64,000 nucleotides of DNA from positions 28,944 through 92,943 of IMG/VR virus record IMGVR_UViG_3300028042_000001. One strand, 5' to 3'. Below the pieces are notes generated by a model. That model had not been told where the DNA came from. It did no database searches and worked only from the letters and a program-made list of their open reading frames with translations. Numbering within the stretch: position 1 is the first letter of the stretch; every line of letters begins with the position of its first letter. Position numbers and translations under genes: made by a program. This DNA is from a virus. Lineage: Duplodnaviria; Heunggongvirae; Uroviricota; Caudoviricetes. Of the stretch, positions 11,009-21,572 are shown piece by piece.

Positions 11009-13126
11009 ATGACATATATAGGAAGAGAAGCACAATTACAAGGTGCGTATGATAAAGTTGATGATATATCAAGTCAATTTAATGGAACATTAGATACATT
11101 TGATATAAAAGTTAATACAGTAAATAAAATGATTGGAAAGACTACTAATCTTATTGTTGGTCTTAATAGAGCATTACAAGAACCTAATGATGATTATCAA
11201 ATATCAAATCATCAAATTATATTTACTGTAGCTCCTGCAAATGGAGTCAAATGTTCTATAACTATCCTCGGTGATGTATTTAAAGCACCAACAACAGGAA
11301 ATACAGATCTTAATAGCCTTACAGATGTTGTAGTAGGCTCTGAGAACGATAATGAAGTTCTTACCTATAGTGGAGGGTCTTGGATAAACTTACCACAAGG
11401 AACAACACATTTAAGCAATAATTCAGATGTTGATACATCATCAGCAGTTAATGGTGATAAATTAGTATTTGATGGAATTGAATGGAGTGGAGAACATGAT
11501 TTATTAAATAATATTAATAATGTTAATGCTCCTTCTCCTTCTGATAATCAAACTTTAACATGGAATGATACTGCTGGTGAATGGCAACCAATGGATGCTC
11601 AATCAACAGTTTCTAATATTGATGATTTGGATGATGTTGATACCGTTACATCTGCTCCATCATTAAATAATGTGCTTACTTGGGATGGGTCTAATTGGGT
11701 TCCTCAAACAACACAATCTGTAGTAAATTCTATGGATGATCTTAATGATGCAGATACTTCAACTGTACCTCCAATAGACGGTCAAGCGTTAGTATGGAAT
11801 GCTTCTGTTTCTAATTGGAATCCCGGTACAGTATCTGGTGGAGGTGGAGCTTCAGCAATAGATGATCTTAGTGATGTTGATACTGTTACATCTGCTCCAA
11901 GTTCAGGACAATCTCTTGTTTGGGATGGATCTAATTGGGTTCCCGGTACAGTATCTGGTGGAGGTGGAGCTTCTACAGGAGATATTCAAATATATATAGC
12001 AAATACGGGAGATGATACAACAGGTGATGGATCTAGTGGTTCTCCTTATAGAACAATAAATAGAGCAATAGATCATGCTAATAATATAATAACTACTAAT
12101 GGTATTATATATATTAAAATGGTAGATGATAATATTAACTATATGGGATCATCAACTGTTACTATAAATCATCCAAATAAAATTATATGTATGTCTGTAA
12201 CAGGAGATACTTATAATTTAGAATCATCAACTCTTGATGTATTATTTAATATTGTTAATAGTAATATCACTTTTGAACAATGTAAGTTTGAAATTGTTGA
12301 TGAATCTGTATTTAATTTGACATCTGGTAATAATTCAATAACTTTAAAGGAATGTAGTGGTAGTTTTAAATATTTTTGCACACAAGCATTAACACAATTT
12401 GGATATAATGATAATAATAGATTATCAATACATGAATCGTCTTTCATGCCTATGAATACAACTACATTTCTTAATTTTGGATACCTAGATTTTCAAAATG
12501 TTACTTTTGATGGTAATAATATGACTCTTAATATTCCATACATATATACTAAAAAATGTAATATACATAACTTTAATGTTATTATAAAAAATCCACCACA
12601 AAATTCAAAATCAGTATTCAAATTTTATTATTCAAATATATTTAACGTAAATATAGATTTAGATGATCCTTATACAGAACATTCCAGTTTCAATGATGGT
12701 TTATGTTATTTTGATGGTTGTAATATAAATGATATTACATTCACCCTACATTATAATACAGCATCAGTTATAAGTTTTAATTCGTGTAATGTTAATGATT
12801 TATATTATGTTAATAATAGTAATCTTACCGGAAATAATGGGGATGGTCAATTAATAGAAGCTAGAGGGGGGTCTAATATATCAATAAATACATTAGACCG
12901 AGATCCAAATAGTGATGATTTTACTGGTACTTATATATTAAAAGCATCAGCTAGATCATTTATATCCGTATCTAATATAAATAATTATGGCGAAGAAGGT
13001 GATTTCACAACCGCACCAACATATAGACATCCCGGAGACAACTTTGTATTTGATGGTTCTAATAGTGGTGGATGTATATATATCAACAATGTATATAATG
13101 AAGATGATGGTGGAGGTGAAGAATAG
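11009..13126 (+). CDS. Tail fibre/spike-like protein with LxDLxDV...LxWDGSNWVP repeats and C-terminal beta-helix
   Basis: N-terminus MTYIGR...DDISSQFNG, ~40-aa fibre repeats with duplicated DNA (CCCGGTACAGTATCTGGTGGAGGTGGAGCTTC twice, 120 bp apart), and beta-helix cap YIANTGDDTTGDGSSGSPYRTINRA. Confidence 0.7.
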   Translation: MTYIGREAQLQGAYDKVDDISSQFNGTLDTFDIKVNTVNKMIGKTTNLIVGLNRALQEPNDDYQISNHQIIFTVAPANGVKCSITILGDVFKAPTTGNTDLNSLTDVVVGSENDNEVLTYSGGSWINLPQGTTHLSNNSDVDTSSAVNGDKLVFDGIEWSGEHDLLNNINNVNAPSPSDNQTLTWNDTAGEWQPMDAQSTVSNIDDLDDVDTVTSAPSLNNVLTWDGSNWVPQTTQSVVNSMDDLNDADTSTVPPIDGQALVWNASVSNWNPGTVSGGGGASAIDDLSDVDTVTSAPSSGQSLVWDGSNWVPGTVSGGGGASTGDIQIYIANTGDDTTGDGSSGSPYRTINRAIDHANNIITTNGIIYIKMVDDNINYMGSSTVTINHPNKIICMSVTGDTYNLESSTLDVLFNIVNSNITFEQCKFEIVDESVFNLTSGNNSITLKECSGSFKYFCTQALTQFGYNDNNRLSIHESSFMPMNTTTFLNFGYLDFQNVTFDGNNMTLNIPYIYTKKCNIHNFNVIIKNPPQNSKSVFKFYYSNIFNVNIDLDDPYTEHSSFNDGLCYFDGCNINDITFTLHYNTASVISFNSCNVNDLYYVNNSNLTGNNGDGQLIEARGGSNISINTLDRDPNSDDFTGTYILKASARSFISVSNINNYGEEGDFTTAPTYRHPGDNFVFDGSNSGGCIYINNVYNEDDGGGEE

Positions 13127-13167
13127 TAATAAATATATTAATTTAATATCAATCATATAACACCATT

Positions 13168-13199
13168 AAAAGCATTCTCATTTTGAGAGTGCTTTTTTT
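13168..13199 (+). terminator. Rho-independent terminator-like hairpin
   Basis: AAAAGCATTCTC-ATTTT-GAGAGTGCTTTT followed by a T run. Confidence 0.7.
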
Positions 13200-13215
13200 A
13201 TGCCTAAATATAAAT

Positions 13216-16200
13216 ATGAATAAGTTTAAATACGATCCAAATAACACAGAAGGGGCATACCCTACAGCAATGGTTTTAGAAGGAGCAGAATTAAAGAAAG
13301 GTAACAAAATTCTTGCTACTGATATTGTAAATTTATATGATGTTAATATAAATAATCCTCAAAACCAACAAGCATTAACATATGTTGGTGATGAATGGAT
13401 TAATGGTGAAGTTACTAGTGGTTCTGGTGGATGTAATATATTTAAAGGGTATGATGGAGATATAGAAATTCCTTTTGATGCTGTTAATGTTTCTTGTGGT
13501 CATTATCACACATTAGCGATAAAACAAGATGGAACTCTTTGGGGTACTGGTAGTAATTCTTATGGACAGTTAGGTCTTGATGTTATAGTTACTAGAAATG
13601 TTTTTACTCAAGTTGGTTATGATAATGATTGGATTAATGTTTCTTGTGGTGGATATCACACATTAGCAATAAAAGAAGATGGAACTCTTTGGGCTACTGG
13701 TGATAATAATATTGGTCAATTAGGTTTAGGAGATAATATTAATAAAAATGTTTTTACTCAAGTTGGTACTGATACTGATTGGGATAAAATTTCTTGTGGA
13801 TTTGACCATACATTATTAATAAAACAAGATGGAACTCTTTGGGCTACAGGAAAAAATTATTGGGGCGAATTAGGACTTGGAAATAATGTTGATAGAAATG
13901 TTTTTAATCAAGTAGGTACTGACACTGATTGGATTAATGTTTCTTGTGGTGGATATCACACATTAGCAATAAAAGAAGATGGAACTCTTTGGGGTACAGG
14001 AGAAAACCATAAAGGTCAATTAGGACTTGGAGATAACATTGATAGAAATGTTTTTAATCAAGTTGGTTCTGATACTGATTGGATTACTGTTTCTTGTGGG
14101 GGTAATTATACTATATCATTAAAACAAGATGGAACTCTTTGGAGTACAGGAGAAAACCATAAAGGTCAATTAGGACTTGGAAATAATGTTGATAGAAATG
14201 TTTTTACTCAAATAGGTACTGACACTGATTGGGATAAAATTTCTTGTGGGGGTGTTCATACATCGTCAATAAAACAAGATGGAACTCTTTGGAGTACAGG
14301 AGAAAACCATAAAGGACAATTAGGTCTTGGTAATGATATTAATAGAAATGTTTTTACTCAAATTGGTACTGATACTGATTGGGATAAAATTTCTTGTGGT
14401 TTTATTCACACTATAACAATGAAACAATATGGAACTCTTTGGAGTACTGGATATAACTATTCTGGGCAATTAGGACTTCGAGATGTCAATAATAGAATTA
14501 TATACACACAAATAAAATATGATAATATAGTTAATAATTCTATATTTATAGATGAAAACACAACAACTCCCGGATTAGGTCAATATAATACCCCATTTCC
14601 AACATTAAATAGTTGTTTTGAATGGTTAAGAAATAGTTGTGTTGTAATACCAGAAGATAACACATTATATATACAGATTATATCAGATTTAATAATATAT
14701 GAAAAAGTATCATTAAATCATCCATATGGTTATAATATAAAAATATGTGGTAATAATCATAAAATAAGTACATCTTATGATTTATATATAGAAATTGAAA
14801 AATATACTGCACTTTCTTATAATTTTATTAAAGTTGTGCGTGGTGGTGAATTTACATATGGACTAAAAAATGACGGTACTCTTTGGGCAACAGGTTTTAA
14901 TAATGCAGGGCAGTTAGGTCACTCAAATATCATAATATCAGAAATAAATGTATTTATACAAGTAGGTTCTGACACCGATTGGAAAGATATAGTTTGTAAT
15001 GGAAGTTATGCTATAGCGACAAAAAAAGATAATACTATTTGGGGAACTGGATATAATTTTTCTGGTCAATTAGGACTTGGAGATATAAATAATTTTTATT
15101 CATTTACTCAAATAGGTACTGATACTGATTGGAAAATAATTTCATGTGGTTTGAGTTATGTGATGGCTTTAAAACAAAACGGTACTCTTTGGGTTACTGG
15201 TTCTAATCATTATGGGCAGTTAGGGCTTGGAGATAATGTTGATAGGAATGTTTTTACTCAAGTTGGTTCTGATACTGATTATAAATTCATAGATGCTAAT
15301 TCTAACAGATCATTAATAATAAAACAGAATGGTACTCTTTGGGCTACTGGTCAAAATAATTATGGTCAATTAGGACTAGGAGATGTTAATAATAGAAATG
15401 TTTTTGAACAAGTAGGTATTGATAATGATTATTCTTTTTCTACAGGAGAATATAATGCAACTACAGTAAAAAAAAATAATGGAACTATTTGGGCTACTGG
15501 AAGAAATGATCATGGTCAATTAGGACTTGGAGATAATGTTGATAGAAATGTTCTTACACAAGTTGGTACTAATACTGATTGGGATATTTTAGATGGTTCA
15601 TTTGCTATAAAAGAAGATGGAACTCTTTGGGCTACTGGATATAATTATTATGGTCAATTAGGTCTTGGAGATAATGATGATAGAAATGTATATACCCAAG
15701 TAGGAAATAATTCTAATTGGGTATTTGTTGATAATGCATTTCATACAATAATAGTTAATAATGAAGGGTATATATTTGGTACTGGATGGAATTATAGAGG
15801 ACAATTAGGGCTTGGTGATAACATAAATACCAATATATTTACTCAATCACTTCATAATATATATACATTAGATATATCTGGGACAGATCCTTATTTTTTT
15901 ATTGATAATAATAATAAAATAAATATTTCTGATATTATATTTAAAATGAATATATATTTTGATAATGATAATGCAGATGAAGGGTTGGTTCATGATTATT
16001 ATATTGATATTAATAATATATATGCCTCAAATAATTCTATTATAATAATGAATAATATTAAATTTACATCAAGTAATATATTATTAATAAAGGGTATATC
16101 ATCAATTAATGAATACGCAGTTATACATATTAAAGATTCACCTCTAAAAATTTCTTCAAGTTTAGGTATATTTACAGGTACAATACCTTCAAATATATCA

Positions 16201-16362
16201 ATCGATGATAATTCTACTTTAGAATTATCAGACTTAAATTATAATATAACTAATTGGAAAGTTAATAATAATTCTTTTATTATAATTAATACTGAAAATA
16301 ATCCCACAATAGATATAGAAAATGAAAATTCAACAGTAATATTAAACGATGCCAAAATTTAA
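13216..16362 (+). CDS. Fibre-like protein A with two RCC1/BLIP-II beta-propellers (7+7 repeats)
   Basis: Repeats of SCGxxHTxxIKxDGTLWxTGxNxxGQLGLG. Likely start MNKFKYDPNNTEG at 13216, matching the paralog N-termini. Confidence 0.85.
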   Translation: MNKFKYDPNNTEGAYPTAMVLEGAELKKGNKILATDIVNLYDVNINNPQNQQALTYVGDEWINGEVTSGSGGCNIFKGYDGDIEIPFDAVNVSCGHYHTLAIKQDGTLWGTGSNSYGQLGLDVIVTRNVFTQVGYDNDWINVSCGGYHTLAIKEDGTLWATGDNNIGQLGLGDNINKNVFTQVGTDTDWDKISCGFDHTLLIKQDGTLWATGKNYWGELGLGNNVDRNVFNQVGTDTDWINVSCGGYHTLAIKEDGTLWGTGENHKGQLGLGDNIDRNVFNQVGSDTDWITVSCGGNYTISLKQDGTLWSTGENHKGQLGLGNNVDRNVFTQIGTDTDWDKISCGGVHTSSIKQDGTLWSTGENHKGQLGLGNDINRNVFTQIGTDTDWDKISCGFIHTITMKQYGTLWSTGYNYSGQLGLRDVNNRIIYTQIKYDNIVNNSIFIDENTTTPGLGQYNTPFPTLNSCFEWLRNSCVVIPEDNTLYIQIISDLIIYEKVSLNHPYGYNIKICGNNHKISTSYDLYIEIEKYTALSYNFIKVVRGGEFTYGLKNDGTLWATGFNNAGQLGHSNIIISEINVFIQVGSDTDWKDIVCNGSYAIATKKDNTIWGTGYNFSGQLGLGDINNFYSFTQIGTDTDWKIISCGLSYVMALKQNGTLWVTGSNHYGQLGLGDNVDRNVFTQVGSDTDYKFIDANSNRSLIIKQNGTLWATGQNNYGQLGLGDVNNRNVFEQVGIDNDYSFSTGEYNATTVKKNNGTIWATGRNDHGQLGLGDNVDRNVLTQVGTNTDWDILDGSFAIKEDGTLWATGYNYYGQLGLGDNDDRNVYTQVGNNSNWVFVDNAFHTIIVNNEGYIFGTGWNYRGQLGLGDNINTNIFTQSLHNIYTLDISGTDPYFFIDNNNKINISDIIFKMNIYFDNDNADEGLVHDYYIDINNIYASNNSIIIMNNIKFTSSNILLIKGISSINEYAVIHIKDSPLKISSSLGIFTGTIPSNISIDDNSTLELSDLNYNITNWKVNNNSFIIINTENNPTIDIENENSTVILNDAKI
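13489..14510 (+). repeat. Seven tandem 150-bp RCC1-coding repeats (gene A, block 1)
   Basis: 150-bp period of AAACAAGATGGAACTCTTTGG...GGTCAATTAGG. Boundaries approximate. Confidence 0.9.
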
Positions 16363-19300
16363 TTATAATCCAAATAACACAGAAGGAATATATCCAACAT
16401 CAATAGATTTTATTGATACCGAAGTGAAAAAAGGAAATAAAATTATCGCTACAGATATAGTTGATTTATATGATACATATCCAGAATCACAAACACCAAA
16501 TCAAGGAGATGCATTAGTTTATGATTCTATCGATGGTATATGGAAACCCGGAGAAGGTGCAGGGGGAAGTTCATGTAATGTATTTGAAGGGTATGATAGT
16601 GTTGTTAATATTCCTTTTGATGCTGTTCATGTTTCTTGTGGTCATTATCACACATTAGCGATAAAACAAGATGGAACTCTATGGGCTACTGGTCAAAATT
16701 ATGGAGGTCAATTAGGACTTGGAGATAATGTTGATAGAAATGTTTTTAATCAAGTTGGTACTGATACTGATTGGATTAATGTTTCTTGTGGTCATTATCA
16801 CACATCGTCAATAAAACAAGATGGAACTCTTTGGAGTACTGGTCTAAATAATGAAGGTCAATTAGGTCTTGGAGATAACATTAATAGAAATGTTTTTACT
16901 CAAATAGGTACTGATACTGATTGGGATAAAATTTCTTGTGGTGGATATCACACATTATTAATAAAACAAGATGGAACTCTTTGGAGTACTGGTGATAATT
17001 CTTTTGGGCAATTAGGACTTGGAAATAATGTTGATAGAAATGTTTTTACTCAAATAGGTACTGATACTGATTGGGATAAAATTTCTTGTGGATCTCTTCA
17101 TACATCGTCAATAAAACAATATGGAACTCTTTGGAGTACTGGATATAACTATTCTGGGCAATTAGGTCTTGGAGATAACATTGATAGAAATGTTTTTACT
17201 CAAGTTGGTACTGATACTGATTGGGATAAAATTTCTTGTGGTTTTATTCATACATCATCAATAAAACAAGATGGAACTCTTTGGAGTACTGGTCTAAATA
17301 ATGAAGGTCAATTAGGACTTGGAGATAACATTGATAGAAATGTTTTTAATCAAGTTGGTTCTGATACTGATTGGGATAAAATTTCTTGTGGTATTTATCA
17401 TACATCAGTAATAAAAGAAGATGGAACTCTTTGGAGTACTGGTGATAATTCTTTTGGGCAATTAGGTCTTGGAGATAACATTGATAGAAATGTTTTTACT
17501 CAAATAGGTACTGATACTGATTGGGATAAAATTTCTTGTGGTATTTATCATACATCAGTAATAAAGCAAAACGGAACTCTTTGGGCTACTGGAAGAAATG
17601 ATCATGGTCAATTAGGTATTGGTGATAATGTTAATAAAAATTTTTTTCATCAAGTTGGTTCTGATACTGATTGGGATAAAATTTCTGGTGGTATTTATCA
17701 TACATTAACAACAAAACAAAACGGAAATCTTTGGGCTACTGGTGACAACCAATGGGGGCAATTAGGTCTTAGGGATAATATTAATGTAAATATTTTTACT
17801 CAAATAAAGTATAATATTAATTATACAAATTCTATATTTATAAACAAAAATACATCAACTCCCGGAAATGGAACTTATGATAATCCATTTTTAACTCTAA
17901 AAGAATGTTTTGAATATTTAAATACATGCAATACAATTCCCGATGAAATCACACTTACTATCCAATTATTATCTGATGTTATTAATACAGAACCAACATC
18001 TTTAAATCATCCTCAAGGATATAATATTGTTATTAATGGTAATAATCATAATATTATAAATATAAATAATGGAAATTTAGAATATCCTTATTCATATCCT
18101 GTATATATTAATGATTGGAACTATGTATCTGGTGGTTATTTACACACCACAGCTATAAAAAACGATAATACTCTTTGGGTTACTGGAAGAAATGATCATG
18201 GTCAATTGGGTTTAGGACATAATTACGAAATAATTTATTTTGAACAAGTTGGTATTAATAATGATTGGATTAATGTTTCTTGTGGAAAATATTGTACGGT
18301 AGCTATTAAATTAAATAGAACTCTTTGGAGTACAGGAGAAAACCATAAAGGTCAATTAGGTCTTGGAGATGATGTTGATAGAAATGTTTTTACTCAAATT
18401 GGTACTGATACTGATTGGGATAAAATTTCTTGTGGAGAAACTCACACATTAGCAATAAAACAAGATGGAACTCTTTGGAGTACTGGTTGGAATTATGGAG
18501 GTCAATTAGGTCTTGGAGATAACATTGATAGAAATGTTTTTACTCAAATAGGTACTGATACTGATTGGGATAAAATTTCTTGTGGATCTCTTCACACATT
18601 AGTAATAAAACAAGATGGAACTCTTTGGAGTACTGGAAGAAATATTCGTGGGCAATTAGGACTTGGAGATAACATTGATAGAAATGTTTTTAATCAAGTT
18701 GGTTCTGATACTGATTGGGATAAAATTTCTTGTGGAGAAACTCACACATTAGCAATAAAACAAGATGGAACTCTTTGGAGTACTGGTCTAAATAATGAAG
18801 GTCAATTAGGACTTGGAGATAATGTTGATAGAAATGTTTTTAATCAAGTTGGTACTGATACTGATTGGAATAATATTTATTGTGGTTCTCAACACACATC
18901 ATTAATAAAAAATAATGGAACTATATGGACTACTGGAAGAAATTTTGTAGGGCAATTAGGTCTTGGTGATAATATTAATAGGAATGTTTTTAATCAAGTT
19001 GGTAATGATACTGATTGGAAATTATTATATGGTGGGTATTTACATACATTAGCTATTAAATCAAATGGAATTCTTTATGCAACTGGATGGAATCGTTTCG
19101 GTCAATTAGGTCTTGGAGATAATGATGATAGGAATGTTTTTGAATATTTATTTACATATGAATATAAATTCAAATCAAAATTGGTATTAAATAATAATCA
19201 TTCAATAAAAAAAATTATTAATGTTAATTTTAATACTTATATTATTAATTATAATTATACAATACCAATATTAACACATATTAATATTGATGATTTATCA

Positions 19301-19567
19301 ATTACATCATTTGATAACATAAATGAAATTAATAACAATTATACATCATATTTAGATATTTCATCAAAATCAATAGTAAATATTAATAATTTTAATATAA
19401 AACATATATCATCAACTGACTCTATTTGTAATATTGACAATTGTAATTATTTATTAAATTATAATTTAATAAATAATTCTACATTAATTATTAAAAAACA
19501 GCCAATAGTATATCCAGTAATTCATAATTATGAATCAATATATATTATAAATGGGATATCACAATAA
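16349..19567 (+). CDS. Fibre-like protein B with two RCC1/BLIP-II beta-propellers (8+7 repeats)
   Basis: Same 50-aa repeats. N-terminus MPKFNYNPNNTEG is paralogous to A. Confidence 0.85.
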   Translation: MPKFNYNPNNTEGIYPTSIDFIDTEVKKGNKIIATDIVDLYDTYPESQTPNQGDALVYDSIDGIWKPGEGAGGSSCNVFEGYDSVVNIPFDAVHVSCGHYHTLAIKQDGTLWATGQNYGGQLGLGDNVDRNVFNQVGTDTDWINVSCGHYHTSSIKQDGTLWSTGLNNEGQLGLGDNINRNVFTQIGTDTDWDKISCGGYHTLLIKQDGTLWSTGDNSFGQLGLGNNVDRNVFTQIGTDTDWDKISCGSLHTSSIKQYGTLWSTGYNYSGQLGLGDNIDRNVFTQVGTDTDWDKISCGFIHTSSIKQDGTLWSTGLNNEGQLGLGDNIDRNVFNQVGSDTDWDKISCGIYHTSVIKEDGTLWSTGDNSFGQLGLGDNIDRNVFTQIGTDTDWDKISCGIYHTSVIKQNGTLWATGRNDHGQLGIGDNVNKNFFHQVGSDTDWDKISGGIYHTLTTKQNGNLWATGDNQWGQLGLRDNINVNIFTQIKYNINYTNSIFINKNTSTPGNGTYDNPFLTLKECFEYLNTCNTIPDEITLTIQLLSDVINTEPTSLNHPQGYNIVINGNNHNIININNGNLEYPYSYPVYINDWNYVSGGYLHTTAIKNDNTLWVTGRNDHGQLGLGHNYEIIYFEQVGINNDWINVSCGKYCTVAIKLNRTLWSTGENHKGQLGLGDDVDRNVFTQIGTDTDWDKISCGETHTLAIKQDGTLWSTGWNYGGQLGLGDNIDRNVFTQIGTDTDWDKISCGSLHTLVIKQDGTLWSTGRNIRGQLGLGDNIDRNVFNQVGSDTDWDKISCGETHTLAIKQDGTLWSTGLNNEGQLGLGDNVDRNVFNQVGTDTDWNNIYCGSQHTSLIKNNGTIWTTGRNFVGQLGLGDNINRNVFNQVGNDTDWKLLYGGYLHTLAIKSNGILYATGWNRFGQLGLGDNDDRNVFEYLFTYEYKFKSKLVLNNNHSIKKIINVNFNTYIINYNYTIPILTHINIDDLSITSFDNINEINNNYTSYLDISSKSIVNINNFNIKHISSTDSICNIDNCNYLLNYNLINNSTLIIKKQPIVYPVIHNYESIYIINGISQ
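16631..17810 (+). repeat. Eight tandem 150-bp RCC1-coding repeats (gene B, block 1)
   Basis: The TG(x) loop recurs at 16691, 16841, 16991, 17141, 17291, 17441 and onward. Boundaries approximate. Confidence 0.9.
18125..19145 (+). repeat. Seven RCC1-coding repeats (gene B, block 2)
   Basis: Central units are near-identical to block 1 units. Boundaries approximate. Confidence 0.85.
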
Positions 19568-21534
19568 TGACTAAGTTAATATTTAATAATAATAACACAG
19601 AAGGGCACTACACAACATCTTTTGATTTTATAGATACAGAAGTAAGGAAAGATGATAAAATAGTTGCTACAGATCTAATAGACCTATACGATGTTGAATT
19701 AACTAATGTTCAGAATGGTGAAATATTAGTATATAATTCAACAAAGCAAAAATGGGTAAATGGAGAAGCAGGAGCTGGTTGTAATACAACAACACATAAT
19801 AAAAAATATAGTATTGGTCAATTTGGTGATTTTATATCATTAAATGAATGTTTTAATTGGTTAAGAAATAATTGTAAAATAATAAAAGAATATAATACAA
19901 TAACTATATATTTAAAAGAGAATATTGATATAAAAGAACATACATCATTAAATCATCCATATGGGCATAGAATAATTATTGATGGTGATTATAATGAGAT
20001 ACGTACTCATTATGATGATATTATAGATAATAATATATCATTATCTCATTCTCATAATATTACTATTAAAAATACTTTTATAAAATCATCATATGTTGGT
20101 GATGATTTAGAAGAAAAATATGCATTTATAATGAATACGGATGGATATTTTACCCCATATATAAGAAATTGTTTTTTAACTAATCATGATAATATTATTT
20201 ATTGTTTTGGTGGGTTAGAATATGATGGATCTGGAAATTTAATAAATAATAATAAAAAAGTATATAAATGTGAGTCTGTATTATATTCTAGATGGGAAGA
20301 ATACGATACTAATATACCATATAATGTTATTGTTTCTGAATATTGTATAAAATACAATAATAAAATATTATTATTTAATAATAATAATAATGGTTTTGAT
20401 ACAATATGGGTATATAATTTTGATACAAATATATGGTCTGAAAGTGCAGTTTCGTCAGGAGATATTCCATCTACTGATGATATAACTGCTGGATACACTT
20501 TATCATTATATAATGATAAAGTGTATCTTATAGGTGGATATCCTCATAATAATTCAATATATATATATGATATAATATCAAATTCTTGGTCTAAATTAGC
20601 AGATATACTTGGTATTATGGGATATATTTATCATTCATCATATATATATGATGATAAGATTTATATATATGGAGGACAAGGAACTAATGATCAAGAAAAT
20701 TTTAATGGATTATTGTCTTTTGATTTATTATCTAATGATATAAACATAATAATACCAAACACTTCTTATCATGATAATTCTTCTACTCCTTATAAAAGAG
20801 GTTTATACCGTCATCATTCATATATTAATGATGACGGTATAATGTTTATATATTCTGGAATAGGAAAATCAATTTCAAATCCTTATATTCTTGATGCTCA
20901 AAAATTTATATATACGTATAATATAAGAGATAATATATGGAATATTCATGATGATGGTATTTATGGTTATGCCAATTATGGATTTACTGTATTAAATGAT
21001 ATATCATATATATTAGGTGGATATGTTGCTTATAATAATATTTCTGGGAAAAGATACCCAAGTAATAAATTTGTAAAAATACATAATAATGAAAAAGTAT
21101 TTGAAATTGATAATAAACCATCATCAGAATTTATTACAAGTAATAAACACACATATACAAGTTCATTAGTTATTACTAACAATTCATTAATAAATACTAG
21201 AGATGTTGTAAGTATAGCTAATGGCCCTTATTATAGAGATCCTGTTTTAGTAACAAGAGCAATAGAAATTTCGTATCATAATACATACATAATAGAAAAA
21301 CTAAATATTAACTTGTTTGAAATAAATAATAATTCATTGTTTCATAATGATGGTTATTATGAAACATCAGGACATATAAATTCAATGTTAATATATAATA
21401 ATAGTTCATTGTATATGGAACCTCCAAAAAATGTATGGTATACAATAAAAAATGGAAGCATGGTTTTGAGTAGTAATATACAAAATTTTACAAATTCTAC
21501 ATTTGTAAATTCAAAATTAATAGAGAAAAAATAA
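19567..21534 (+). CDS. Fibre-like protein C with Kelch beta-propeller
   Basis: Kelch motifs (YCFGG, YLIGG, YIYGG, YILGG, Y..W). N-terminus and internal SLNHPYG module are shared with A and B. Confidence 0.75.
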   Translation: MTKLIFNNNNTEGHYTTSFDFIDTEVRKDDKIVATDLIDLYDVELTNVQNGEILVYNSTKQKWVNGEAGAGCNTTTHNKKYSIGQFGDFISLNECFNWLRNNCKIIKEYNTITIYLKENIDIKEHTSLNHPYGHRIIIDGDYNEIRTHYDDIIDNNISLSHSHNITIKNTFIKSSYVGDDLEEKYAFIMNTDGYFTPYIRNCFLTNHDNIIYCFGGLEYDGSGNLINNNKKVYKCESVLYSRWEEYDTNIPYNVIVSEYCIKYNNKILLFNNNNNGFDTIWVYNFDTNIWSESAVSSGDIPSTDDITAGYTLSLYNDKVYLIGGYPHNNSIYIYDIISNSWSKLADILGIMGYIYHSSYIYDDKIYIYGGQGTNDQENFNGLLSFDLLSNDINIIIPNTSYHDNSSTPYKRGLYRHHSYINDDGIMFIYSGIGKSISNPYILDAQKFIYTYNIRDNIWNIHDDGIYGYANYGFTVLNDISYILGGYVAYNNISGKRYPSNKFVKIHNNEKVFEIDNKPSSEFITSNKHTYTSSLVITNNSLINTRDVVSIANGPYYRDPVLVTRAIEISYHNTYIIEKLNINLFEINNNSLFHNDGYYETSGHINSMLIYNNSSLYMEPPKNVWYTIKNGSMVLSSNIQNFTNSTFVNSKLIEKK

Positions 21535-21538
21535 AAAG

Positions 21539-21546
21539 TATAAATA
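21539..21546 (+). promoter_or_regulatory. T4-type late promoter TATAAATA
   Basis: Intergenic exact TATAAATA upstream of an AAGGAG RBS. A gp55 gene is present in the window. Confidence 0.7.
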
Positions 21547-21572
21547 GTATTATAATATTTAAGGAGATAAAA

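Noticed and set aside
13489-19145. CRISPR-like array (regular repeats with variable segments)
   Set aside because: The units are in-frame 150-bp protein-coding repeats with a continuous ORF. There are no unique spacers and no cas genes.
13216-19567. Diversity-generating retroelement acting on the RCC1 repeats
   Set aside because: No reverse transcriptase in the window, no non-coding template repeat, and differences between units involve all four bases rather than template adenines.
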